This document shows, one piece after another, positions 1 through 10,944 of a stretch of DNA of 47,348 nt (within the stretch, counting starts at the first letter, position 1; every line of letters starts with the position of its first letter). Source of the stretch: Sphaerodactylus townsendi (taxonomy: Eukaryota); contig NC_059439.1 of NCBI RefSeq assembly GCF_021028975.2, positions 22,398,653 through 22,446,000 of the forward strand, read 5' to 3'. Under the pieces are notes generated by a model. It was not told the origin of the DNA and ran no database searches. It saw nothing but the letters and a program-made list of their open reading frames with translations. Both the position numbers and the translations under genes were made by a program.

Positions 1-70
1 GTTAGGGGGGGGGGCGCGGTGGGGGGGGGGGGGGGGGGGGGGGGGTGTTCGGGGGGGGGGTGGGGGGGGG
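1..70. other. Poly-G low-complexity run, probable sequencing/assembly artefact at contig edge
   Basis: Near-homopolymer G abuts mid-TM3 OR coding sequence at ~71 with no transitional homology. Confidence 0.7.
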
Positions 71-71
71 A

Positions 72-692
72 ACAGTAATGGCATACGATCGGTATGTGGC
101 TATCTGCAATCCATTGCAATATGAGACTATTATGCATAGAGGAGCCTGCATTCAGATGGCGGTCAGTGCATGGATTGCTGGTATACTCTATGGTGTGTTA
201 CACAGTGGAGGAACTTTTGCTATCACCTTTTGCTCCAACATCATCGATCAGTTCTTCTGTGAAGCATCACAGATTCTAAAACTTGCATGTTCAAACATGT
301 ATCTAGTTGAAGTGGGAGTGATTATATTGAGCACTTTCTTAGGACTGGGATGCTTCAGCTACATCATTTTTACCTATGTACTGATTTTTCGAGCAGTGCT
401 CAGAATCCCTTCCATGCATGGTCAGAAAAAAGCCATCTCCACTTGTCTTCCCCACCTCACTGTGATCTCTTTGCTTATCTTGACTGGCATCTTTGCCTAT
501 GGGCGGCCTCAGAGTTACAGTTCATCTGACCTGAATGTTCTTTCTGCAATAATTTATGCTATAATTCCCCCCTTGCTCAATCCATTCATTTATAGCATGA
601 GAAACAAGGAAATCAAGACTGCATTGCTGAAGTTCTCTAATTGTGGGCATTTTTGTAAAATTATTGCTAGGAATGTTTTTCTACAAAAATGA
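72..692 (+). CDS. Olfactory receptor, OR14-like, 5'-incomplete (OR-1)
   Basis: MAYDRYVAICNPL, FFCE..QILKLACS, KAISTCLPHL, PPLLNPFIYSMRNKEIK; open to TGA at 690-692; N-terminal ~120 aa not visible. Confidence 0.85.
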   Translation, partial: TVMAYDRYVAICNPLQYETIMHRGACIQMAVSAWIAGILYGVLHSGGTFAITFCSNIIDQFFCEASQILKLACSNMYLVEVGVIILSTFLGLGCFSYIIFTYVLIFRAVLRIPSMHGQKKAISTCLPHLTVISLLILTGIFAYGRPQSYSSSDLNVLSAIIYAIIPPLLNPFIYSMRNKEIKTALLKFSNCGHFCKIIARNVFLQK

Positions 693-1575
693 GATGGAAT
701 ATCCTGCAGCAGAGAATTTGTAGGGGCTTCAGATATAGTACACAAGATAGATATTGCCTTACATATCAGGAATCAATAATACCCAATAACATGGCTCTGC
801 AGCAGTAACTGAGTCAGGAAAACTAAGAAGAAAAGGACTGGAGAAGAAAGAGGACTCTAAGGTACTTGGTCATATTTGTTATTGAGAAATTAGCATATGA
901 GTCTAGATAATTGCAGCAAAATTCCAAAGAGATTCCTTCCAGCTTTTTACAATGTTTTGCTATATTACAATGTTTTACAATATCCTTTTCTTGGGGAAAA
1001 AATAAATAGACATCAGAGTGTCACAGGAACTGTTCCAGTTGCCCTGGTGCCAGACTTCTTTTATATACTCAGACACCCATGTCCATTTGAAGAAGCAAAG
1101 GGCTGTCGGAATACACAGGTTTATTAGAATAAAATGGGCAGCCTAAAGAAAAGTGAAGAGAAATACCATATCCAGAACTTAATAGGTGATAAGCAAAATA
1201 TATCCTAAAGATGTGGTTTTGCTGTCTTAAGGGAGAAAAGAAATAATAATACAAAATATTCTTTTTCATGTCTACTTAGAAGGAAATGAGATTCTTGGAA
1301 GATTGTGTGTGAGAGATGGTCTTTGGGGATGATGTAGTCTGTTCGTGGTTCCCAAGGTTGTCTGATAATGAATGGCTGGGTGAAACAGCCCTTTTAAAAA
1401 CATTAATCCTATAGACCATTGGAGTTTGAATACTGAGCTGGGAAAAATCTAGTTTGGGTTATAGTCGTCAAGGGGTGCCAGAGAGTCTATCTGGAGGTGA
1501 GGAACCAGATTAAGTTTATATTTAAAAGACACTGTTCTTGGGTGGTTGATGGTGGCAGAATTAAAGTCCTGCCTC

Positions 1576-1967
1576 CAGTGGTGGGATCCAAACATTTTAG
1601 TAACAGGTTCCCATGGTGGTGGGATTCAAACTGTGGTGTAGCGCCAATGGGACTGGGCGGGGCACGATGGGGGCATGGCTGGGCATTCCGGGGGTGGGGC
1701 ATTCCTGGGCGGGGCTGTGGCAAGGATGCAGCCACTGCGTCGGTCCTTGGGTGGGAAACGAATGCACGCAGGCGCAGGCTGCCACGCACACCGGTGCACC
1801 TCCTGCTAGACTGCTTCAAGTTCTGCGCGCTACTGCTGAGAGGAGGGGCATAACTAAGGCAAAAATCACGTGGCAAAATCACCAATTAGTAACCCCCTCT
1901 CGGCACACACAAATGATTAGTAACCTATTCTTGGGAACCTGTGAGAACCTGCTGGATCCCACCTCTG
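1576..1967. mobile_element. Non-autonomous hAT DNA transposon (MITE)
   Basis: Termini CAGTGGTGGGATCC...GGATCCCACCTCTG; ~8-bp TSD cctgcctc/cctgcctg; absent from paralogous site at ~39283-39298. Confidence 0.85.
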
Positions 1968-2437
1968 CCTGCCTGCCTCTCTGGGCAATTCTGGATACCC
2001 ACTTTCATTTTGTGTGGATTTTATCATTTGAAAACTCTAAGGAGGGTAGGCAGCATTCACATATATCATCCAAGTAAAGCAATTCACACACATCTAATGC
2101 AGGCTATTAAGAAAACTATCCCAGGTGCTTTCCACGGCTGTGTTGGCACATTATTTCCATGTATAGTATTTTCAATTCTTAACTGTTTACAAGCAGAAAA
2201 TAAATGCTCTAGAGGGAGGGGAATCTCATACCCCATTTACTTTGTCCAGTTGAGTAGGGATACAGGACTCTATGGAGAAGGGGACACAAATAACTCATTA
2301 CCATGTGTGTGTATGGGTGTGGGGGGAGGTTTAATGAACAACCTGTGGTCCTGGAAGAGGGATCACAAAACTCTCTGCTAACCATTCCTATGCATAGATA
2401 AGTCAAATATGAGTCCCTCTGTAAACGATTTGGTATA

Positions 2438-2597
2438 TTAACAGACCAGGTGATCGGGAGCAACAGCCGCAGAAGGCCATTGCGTTCACATCCTACATGT
2501 GAGCTCCCAAAGGCACCTGGTGGGCCACTGCGAGTAGCAGAGAGCTGGACTAGATGGACTTTGGTCTGATCCAGCTGGCTTGTTCTTATGTTCTTAT
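2438..2597 (+). mobile_element. CR1 LINE, extreme 3' end (5'-truncated)
   Basis: Matches 3'UTR of CR1 copies at ~36990-37148 and ~42460-42618; ends in GTTCTTATGTTCTTAT tail; absent at paralogous site (gatttggtatagttccag, ~34312). Confidence 0.85.
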
Positions 2598-2985
2598 AGT
2601 TCCAGGTGAGGTTTCCAGAGCTTTTTTTTCATGGAAGCTGTAGAAGCTTATGTTTGGGCAAACTCACATATGGACCAAGTGTGGGATTAGAGACAACCAG
2701 TGAGATGCTGGATCAATCATCCAATTTTCCTATATGCAAATGACACTATCCTTTGGCTCATTCAACACAACAGTAGTTACAAGACTGAGATGGTTGAACA
2801 GGGAATTGTGGTTAAATATTCACTGATATTGATTATCTGTGAAGTCAGAAGAAACCCCTATTGAATTTATTTTTACTTATTTATTAAATTTATAATTGAA
2901 GAGACCAGAGTAGGATTCTGAGGAGACCTGCCATATATTCTTCTCTGAAATATTTCCTCTTCTCAGCCCTACAGATAACATTCAA

Positions 2986-3969
2986 ATGGATATTGGAAGC
3001 AAAATGCCCAATGTTACTTCCTCATCGGAATTTCTGCTCCTTCAGTTTTCAGACATCCGAGAACTACAGATCTTTGTATTCATTGTATTCTTCACAGTAT
3101 ACTTGACTGCAGTGACTGGCAACCTTCTCATCATCCTTGCTGTAGCCCTGGATCATCAACTCCACACTCCCATGTACTTCTTTCTCATGAACCTGGCCAT
3201 TCTGGATGTTGGCACAGTTTCTGTCCTGTTACTCAAAACAATGGCCAATTCCTACCTAAACAGCAGGTCAATTTCTTATCTGGGGTGTGTAGCTCAAGTT
3301 TTCTTCCTCTTCTTCTTTGGAGGGTCAGATTTTGCCATCTTGACAATAATGGCACATGATCGTCATATTGCTATCTGCAATCCATTGCAATATGAGACCA
3401 TTATGCACAGAGGAGTCTGCATTGAAATGGCGGTCAGTGCATGGATTGCTGGTATGCTCAATGGTGCGTTAAACAGTGGAGGAACTTTTGCTATCAACTT
3501 CTGCTCTAACATAATCGATCAGTTCTTCTGTGAAGTCCCACAAGTTCTAAAACTTGCCTGTTCCGACATGTATCTAGTTGAAGTTGGAGTGATTATAATG
3601 AGCTCTTTCTTTACAATAGGATGCTTCATCTACATCATATTCAGCTATGTGCAGATTTTTCGAGCAGTGCTTAGAATTCCTTTTGTGCATGGCCAGAAAA
3701 AGGCCATCTCCACTTGCCTTCCCCATCTCACTGTGGTGTGTTTGCTTATATTTAGTGGCATCTTTGCCTATGTGAGGCCTCACAGATACTCTTCATCTGA
3801 CCTTAATGTTCTTTCTGCAATAATGTATGCTGTAATCCCTCCCTTGCTCAATTCATTCATTTATAGCATTAGAAACAAAGAAATCAAGACTGCATTGTTG
3901 AAGCTCACCGATTGGAGACATTGTTGTAAGATAATTGCTCACAAAGTTTTTCTACCAGAATGGAGTTGA
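2986..3969 (+). CDS. Olfactory receptor, OR14-like (OR-2), intact ORF 327 aa
   Basis: N-glycosylation sequon NVT, GNLLII, LHTPMYFFL, MAHDRHIAICNPL, STCLPHL, PPLLNSFIYSIRNKE. Confidence 0.93.
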   Translation: MDIGSKMPNVTSSSEFLLLQFSDIRELQIFVFIVFFTVYLTAVTGNLLIILAVALDHQLHTPMYFFLMNLAILDVGTVSVLLLKTMANSYLNSRSISYLGCVAQVFFLFFFGGSDFAILTIMAHDRHIAICNPLQYETIMHRGVCIEMAVSAWIAGMLNGALNSGGTFAINFCSNIIDQFFCEVPQVLKLACSDMYLVEVGVIIMSSFFTIGCFIYIIFSYVQIFRAVLRIPFVHGQKKAISTCLPHLTVVCLLIFSGIFAYVRPHRYSSSDLNVLSAIMYAVIPPLLNSFIYSIRNKEIKTALLKLTDWRHCCKIIAHKVFLPEWS

Positions 3970-4588
3970 ATCATCTTGTGAAGGGAATTATTTTATTTGG
4001 TTCTGTGCTTCAGATATAGTTCATAAGAAAGATTAGATTGAATTTTATGAAACGCTTTGAAAACTGCTGTCAGACGTAGGGCCCTTTTCCACAAGGACCA
4101 ATTGAACTGGGCATTTTTCTAAATTAATTGCTAGCAAAACTTTCCCTCAAAAATGAGGTTGAATCTTCATGTGCAGAGAGTTCTTTAATTTTATTTATGC
4201 TTCAGATGTAATTCACAAGAAAGATTAGATTGATTTTTTGAAGTACTTGAGCAAGTACCGTTAGAGGTAGACATTTTTGGTTCTCCTCAGCATGCTCCTG
4301 TGTGGTTTTAAAATGTGGTGCTTAGTGTTGGCAATTTGACAAGGAATGAAATTCATCCCACCAACACAGCTGTAGTGAGGAGGAGGGATATTTCAGAAAT
4401 ACCCTTCTCATTCATATTGCCAGTGGGACTTCTGCCTCTTTTGTAAGGCTTCTTGTCCTGGCAAAAAGAACTGTGTCCCAGTACTTCCATTTATCTCACC
4501 CTTCTAGTATATTCAAGAAGGTTAGACAATATTTTCTTGGGTTAGCTGTTTTGTGGTCTTATATGACAGTGCTAAGCAAGACCTAGTA

Positions 4589-5100
4589 CAGTGGTGGCGA
4601 ACCTATGGCACGGGTGCCAGAGGTGGCACTCAGAGCCCTCTCTGTGGGCACGTGCAAACAGAGTTGCCCCCACCCCACACATCTAGGCTGGCCTGGGCCA
4701 CTGGACTCCATTATTAGCATTAAACCTAAGACCTAGTTTTGGGGAAGCAGTGTAGGTAACCCTGTTAAGTGCTGTTAAACCTCACTGATTTTCATGCGAA
4801 GAACTAAAGCGTGATCCTTTACCTGGGAGTAAGCTTGGTTTCTGGCAATGGGGCTTGTTCTGAGTACACGCTCCTAGGGTCGTGATTCACCCATTGGAAG
4901 AGTTGCACGGTTGCTTCAAAGCCAAGCCACCAACTACCACCAAGCTTACTCCCGAGTAACACACGCCTCGGAGCCAACCGTTTTTTCTAAACTAAAACCT
5001 CAGTATTCAGGTTAAACTGCCATGTTGGCACTTCCCGATAAATAAGTGGGTTTTGGGTTGCAATTTGGGCACTCGGTCTCGAAAAGGTTCGCCATCGTTG
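4589..5100. mobile_element. Non-autonomous hAT (Charlie-like) transposon
   Basis: TIRs CAGTGGTGGCGAACCT / AGGTTCGCCATCGTTG; perfect 8-bp TSD ACCTAGTA at 4581-4588 and 5101-5108. Confidence 0.9.
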
Positions 5101-5289
5101 ACCTAGTACATGTATTGGGGAAAAAAATCCACATTCAATTTCAAGGGAAAATAAAATAGGCACTTAAAATGTATTGATCTGTCCCTATTATATTTCATGC
5201 AGACCAAATCCTACTTAGGTTTTATGAGGTGATATATTTCAGTGAGATATGATATGAAATCTATTGTCCATTTCCCATTGTTATGTAAT

Positions 5290-5420
5290 GACTAAGGTTT
5301 TGGACTAAAATCTGGAAAGGTCCATGTTCAAATGACTATTCTGCTATTATAAACACTGGATGACCTTTGGCCAGTTATCCTTTCTCTGCTTAACCTACCT
5401 CACAGTTTTTTGGATTTAAA
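5290..5420 (+). mobile_element. Degenerate tRNA-derived CORE-type SINE
   Basis: Eroded B-box (gttcaaat) and CORE-like ggatgacctttggccag...ttaacctacctcacag; paralogous to 23240-23430 and 46855-46990. Confidence 0.5.
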
Positions 5421-5460
5421 TGTACTAAACCATGTAATATAAATTAACAATGTTTTACTA

Positions 5461-5660
5461 TCTATATATATAAACACGAAATACCACTGACTCACTGACT
5501 CATCAAAAGAACTCAAAAACCACCAAAGCCACACACATGAAATCTGGCACGCCTGTTCCTTACATACTCCAGGTGCTCAGTAAGAAAGGATATCCCCAAA
5601 AATATACTTCCACTTGATTTATTACCTATTTACTGTTTTCACTGCTCATCTCTGGCCATT
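5461..5660 (+). mobile_element. Putative non-autonomous Helitron 5' end
   Basis: Begins TCTATATATATAAA right after host A (paralog tttacta|tt at ~23460); ctgactca repeats and tgaaatctggcac motif typical of such elements; no 3' CTAG end found. Confidence 0.4.
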
Positions 5661-5999
5661 TGCACAAACATTCTAAGGGCAAACGAACCCCTCAGTCCAC
5701 AGACATGCTGCATTAACATTCTAAGGGTGACAGTTAAACACCACCAGCTTCATGTCCTTCACCATGGTGCCCCAAATGCACTCTAAAACTGCCCTCCACA
5801 ACGCATGCAAACCTATCCCTTCTGCTGAAACTGCTACAGGAAGAAGAGGAATTAAACGCAGAAAGCGCTTTACACACTGCATTAGAAAAAGACAACTTCT
5901 GGAAGCTGCTGCAACATATGCGCAAACCAACCCCACAGTCCACAGACAGGCTGTGAGGAAATATGCTGCCTGCCCCCTCTGAAGCCCCCATGACAGTTT

Positions 6000-6251
6000 T
6001 GCCATCTTCAGCATTGCCTGATTGCTGATCCCATCTATTTCTGGGCAATGCTGGCCCTCCTGGCCTTTGGTTTGGGCGCCATCTGTGCATGGATCTGTGC
6101 ATGTATCTTTAGCTGTAATTTTTGGAATTGCTGCTATAATGTATTTTAATGAATTTTAATGTTTTATTGGTATATTGTATTTATGATCTTGTATTATGTT
6201 TGTTTTATGTCTCATTGTACATGGCCCAGAGCCCTTCGGGGGTTGGGCGGT
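6000..6251 (+). mobile_element. L2-like LINE 3' end
   Basis: T-rich 3'UTR ending ttgtacatggcccagagcccttcgggggttgggcggt, like squamate L2 terminal stem-loops. Confidence 0.5.
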
Positions 6252-7190
6252 CATCTTCCAGGACAGCTCTAGGCCTTTCAAGGCCGGCAAGTCATTCTCT
6301 CCCAGTTGCAAAGCCAGCACATCTGGGTGGCCCATACGGAAGATGGCCAAGCACACTGCCCATTGTAACTCGGCCCATCTCATGCCACTCTGTCCCAGCC
6401 ACCGGAGCTCCATCACTGGGTCCAGCCCTAGGTTCAGACCCCAGCCGGAAGATGCCGTGTAAGCACGAGCTCTCTCTCCACGATGCTGTGCCCCATGATC
6501 CACACCTGCCGGTGAGCAGTCTGCAGCGATGCTGGCGATGCTGCAGAGGGGAATTAGAAAGATAAGTGAGGATGCACATAGGCCTTGAAGGCTCCCAAAT
6601 GCCACCTGCTCATGGCCTGAATCTGCTCAGGGGCCCTGCCCTCCTGGGCCACTGTAGTGGCTGCCCCTATACGGAATGAGTGGAGCCCGAACTCCTTGCA
6701 GGGTAACCCCAATTCATTCAGGCAACCCCTTAACACGGCTGCCATCTGATACCTGGTCAGCAGGGAACAGTCCTGATGGATGAAAAGCATGCCCTCCCGC
6801 CTGGGCCTGAATGGCAATCAGACTGCTGTGGAGGCACGGGGACATATGATATTGCCTGGTAAGGGTAGTCACCCATGTGCCTCGCCCCACTTGATCCGTC
6901 TTGGAATGGGAGAGCCAAACATGCACAGCATCCTCTCCCATCGCTAAGTGATGAAACTGCAGCACCTTATCCGGCCTCACAGCTCGGGAGGGGGCGACTA
7001 ACTCACTGGGCCTGTACACCCAATGATGAGCCAAGTGAAATGCGGCCATGAACAACAGAATTTCGTAGTCCGCTGAACAGACTCTGTGCAGCACCCCAGT
7101 AATGGTGCGCAACACCTCCTTAGTGATGGGGCGTCGAAGATCCTTTTGGCCAGGCACCGAGCGGTGCAAGCCTGCCAACAGCTTGCGTCT
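6252..7190 (-). mobile_element. Ngaro-type (DIRS-group) tyrosine-recombinase retrotransposon fragment: frameshifted YR followed by SGNH hydrolase-like ORF
   Basis: YR catalytic motifs YRPSEL, SKTDQ, HSFRIGAAT, SRW, AYV over two frames (7178-6714, 6817-6554); downstream VWIMGHSIV, WLGQSGMRW, PDVLALQLGENDL. Confidence 0.85.
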
Positions 7191-8422
7191 TTTAATAAAA
7201 GGAGGTACAAAAACAACCCATGAAATGTGTATCTGTATAGTTTTTGTACTCCATGATTTTATTATCCAGCAAACTAACTCCAGTGTTGTGGAGAAACACA
7301 GCCTTCACCACAGAAGTACGGGGAATATTTGCCTCCACACAAAATAATCTAAGGTACAGACATGGGACATTACTATTGTTAGATGTTTTCCTTTAACCTT
7401 GTTTTCAGCAACAGTCTTCCATTTTGAATACTGAACCAATGGTTCTTTAGTTTAGTAACATTGGCTATTCCATCACCAAAAAATATTGCATTAGAAGTAC
7501 ACATGTTGAATATATTTTGTCAATGGTATTTCAATGAAATGAATCAGATCCAGCAGTTGGCCAGCAGAAGATGTTGGCAGATGCAATTTGTTGGGAACGC
7601 AAGACAAATGGGGAGCCAATCCCCCAAACAACAATACTTGCCAAAATAAACAAGGAAGAAAGTAATTTAACACTATTTTTTCAATTTATGTAATCAATAT
7701 AAGTGATGCAATAATACATTCATTTGGAAAACATAATACAAACTACGTCCTTCACATTAAATTCATTCATAAGTGACAAGAACCTTTCATGAATGATATG
7801 TGGAAACGAAAGGAACGGCTGAAACAAGATGAAAACAGTCCATAAATTAATGGATGATTAAAGTGACAGTAAGATGCAATTTGTTGCCACATTCTTTTCT
7901 CCAACCAGTCCTTTGTGATTAATGATCCATACACCTAAGTCTAATGGTCATGTATGTTGAAGGCTCTGTACTGAGGAGAAGGAGGAGGAGGAAAGGGAAA
8001 AGTGCCCCTCTGGTATCTGAAGAACCACACCAGAAGAAGAGATAAGCAGATGTAATTTCTTCCCTTTCCTTTTGGCTCCTTGAGAGCCAAAAACCATGGA
8101 GACAACAATTTTAAATGTATGCAATAGCTCCAGGAATCACATTTCCTGCTATTGAAAGGAAATGCTATGGGGGAGGGGGGGGAGCTGTTCTTTGACTTAA
8201 CACTTTGAATATGTTTGTGTTGCATGTACAAATTATAGGGACTTTATCCTATGAAGTTTTTTGCCACAAAACCCCCCTTGGGATAGTTATTTTTTAGTAT
8301 TTTAGGATTGTTTTTAGTAGCTTTAAATTGCTTGATCTCCTGATCTCAGATGTTCTATCTGTCTAGACACACACACTTCAGCTTAAAAAGTAATAAGTAG
8401 AGATAGATATAAATCTATCGAT

Positions 8423-8621
8423 NNNNNNNNNNNNNNNNNNNNNNNNNNNNNNNNNNNNNNNNNNNNNNNNNNNNNNNNNNNNNNNNNNNNNNNNNNNNNN
8501 NNNNNNNNNNNNNNNNNNNNNNNNNNNNNNNNNNNNNNNNNNNNNNNNNNNNNNNNNNNNNNNNNNNNNNNNNNNNNNNNNNNNNNNNNNNNNNNNNNNN
8601 NNNNNNNNNNNNNNNNNNNNN
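8423..8621. other. Assembly gap (N)
   Basis: 199 N. Confidence 1.
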
Positions 8622-9510
8622 AGTAATAAATATAACACTATCCTCTGATGGGATCTTTCTTTGGGGTGTGTGCTGATAAATTGGAAGAATTCCAATACTA
8701 TCATTGACATACATCTTGCTGGGATGTGTTTGATCTTACTTCATGCACAGACATGCTGTGATAATCATCTATTTAGGTTAGTTACAAAAAATGGAAGTAA
8801 TAATAAAGCAGGGGAAAAATGACTTCAACATCACTTGACACTTAAGTGAGATGAACTCTTGGGACTGGTTGCTAACAACAAAGCATAAATTAAGTAGTCT
8901 CTCACTCTCATAGCCTTTGTTATTATGATTTGACAGAAATTAGCAGAGTACATGGTAGCAAAATTTCTATTAAAGGACATGAGCAAATGGATACATGAAT
9001 TCAAACAGCTGAAGCACAAAGCAGACCTGACCTTCCGTCTTTTGTCACACATCACAATCATATAATTGATTCATTGGTCCAGATCCACATCAAGAATGAA
9101 GAAATAATATTTGATGATGATATGGCAACAGAAACTGACACAGGAAACCTAAGGTCAAAAAGGATGGAGAAGGAAGAAGACTCCAAGATATTCAGTCATG
9201 TTTGATACTGGAAAATTACAGCAAAGTTACAGGGGGATTCTTTCCATTCTTTTACAGTTCATCACTATATTATCTGGAAGTGTTCCATTTATCCTAGATG
9301 TCTTGAAAAATATTAAGTTAACATCAGAATTTCACAGCAATTGGGAGCCAATTGCCAGCAACAGAACATAAATTAAGCTCTGCCTCATTCCTACTTCCTT
9401 TTTGATTACAAGTACATGGCAGCAAACCTTCTATGGAATGACACAAACAAATGGATATATGAATTTAAACAGCTGAAAAAGCAAACAAACCTGACCTCTT
9501 TAGTCACAGA

Positions 9511-9646
9511 CAGTGGTGGGATTCAGCAGGTTCAGACCACTTCGGCAGAACCGGTTGTTCAAATGGTGCTTGTAAACAACCAGTGGTTAAATTATTTGAA
9601 TCCCACCACTGGAACCGGTTGTTGAATTATTTGAATCCCACCACTG
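9511..9646. mobile_element. Short hAT MITE with duplicated right end
   Basis: TIR CAGTGGTGGGATTCA / TGAATCCCACCACTG; perfect TSD GTCACAGA (9503-9510, 9647-9654); right terminus occurs twice (ends at 9611 and 9646). Confidence 0.92.
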
Positions 9647-10944
9647 GTCACAGATCATTATTACTCTTATTGATTCATTGATCCAAATCCACATCAAGGA
9701 TTTCTGCAGCAGAAACTGACATGAGGAACTTCAGATAAAAAGAGCTGGGGAGGAAAGAAGATTCCAAGGTATTCAATCATGTTTGATACTGGGAAATTAG
9801 TGTGTGAGTGTAGAATGATGGCAGCAAAGTTAAAAAGAGATTCCTTCCAGTAATTTTTTGTGTGTGCTATATTATCTGGAAGTGTTCCATTGAACCTAAA
9901 ATTAATCTGGCATTAGGGTGTTCCTGGTGCCAGACCTCTCATATGCACTCATAGACCCATGTCCGTTTAAGTCAAGGTTGGTAGTTTGTCTCCAAGAAAT
10001 GGAAAGAGGCAAAGGACTTTCAAAATGTACGCATTTATCTGGGAAAAAATGGGCAACATAAAGCCAAGTGGGGGACAAATTAAACATTTCACAGCAGAAT
10101 TTAATAGAGTAGACCTTAAGGGGATAGTTGTGGCTTTCAAAATGGGTTAAAGGGAGATTATTCCTTGGGGTAGGGGCGCAATTTAAAATGAATAAGAAAT
10201 GAGTTCAGGGTGGCTGGTGGTGACAGGTTTGAAGTCCTGCTTCTTTGGGTGATTTAGGATATCCGCTTCTATTTCAGGGGAAACCAATCATTTGAAAAGT
10301 CTTAGAGGAGAAGGCAGCATTCACAGACGTCAGTTGGGCATAGAAAAGCAACTCACACACATCCAAGAGAGGATTTGATAAATAAAACTACCAGAAGACT
10401 ATTCGGTGCTGAGTAGGTGTATTATTCCATGTATGGAATTTCAAGTACTCCAGACAGGAGAGACATAAGTTTATCTTGTCCAGCTTGCCAGAACTCCAAG
10501 GATTGAAGTATATATAACTAATCAACAGTGCGTATGTGTGGGGAGATGACTATGCACAACAGCATTTTCCTGTGGAGCTGGGTAAGGAATCAGAAAACTC
10601 TCCACTGACTTTTCTTATGCATGGCGAAGCAAAATATGAGCAAGATCTGGTATAGTTCCAGGTCTTTCAGCATGGAAGCTGTAGAAGTTTCTCTCTGGGC
10701 AACCTCTCATGTTGGGGAATGCCAGTGAGAAACTGAGCACCCATCCAGTTTGCCCATGTTTAAAAGATCATTAAACACAGCACCAATCTCCAGGCTGAGA
10801 TGGCCAAAGAAGGAATCCTGATGAATTATTCACTGCAAAGAGAAGAAATCTCCATTGAATAGACCACAGTAGGATTCTGGGGAGATCTGGGGAGGATTGT
10901 GCTCTAAATCATATTCTCTGTTCAACCCTGCAGACAGTCTGCAA

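Noticed and set aside
45-71. Gly-rich N-terminus of the ORF at 45
   Set aside because: Translation of the poly-G run, probably artefactual
6554-7178. Phage integrase / prophage or bacterial contamination
   Set aside because: Frameshifted, embedded among vertebrate repeats, with DIRS/Ngaro-type motifs and no other prokaryotic genes
8950-9190. Protein-coding exon MSKWIHEFKQ... in the repeated intergenic module
   Set aside because: Stops and indels fall at different positions in each copy, so no frame is conserved
10812-10856. Hammerhead ribozyme core (CTGATGA...GAAA), also at ~16691 and ~34505
   Set aside because: No convincing stems I-III around the motif
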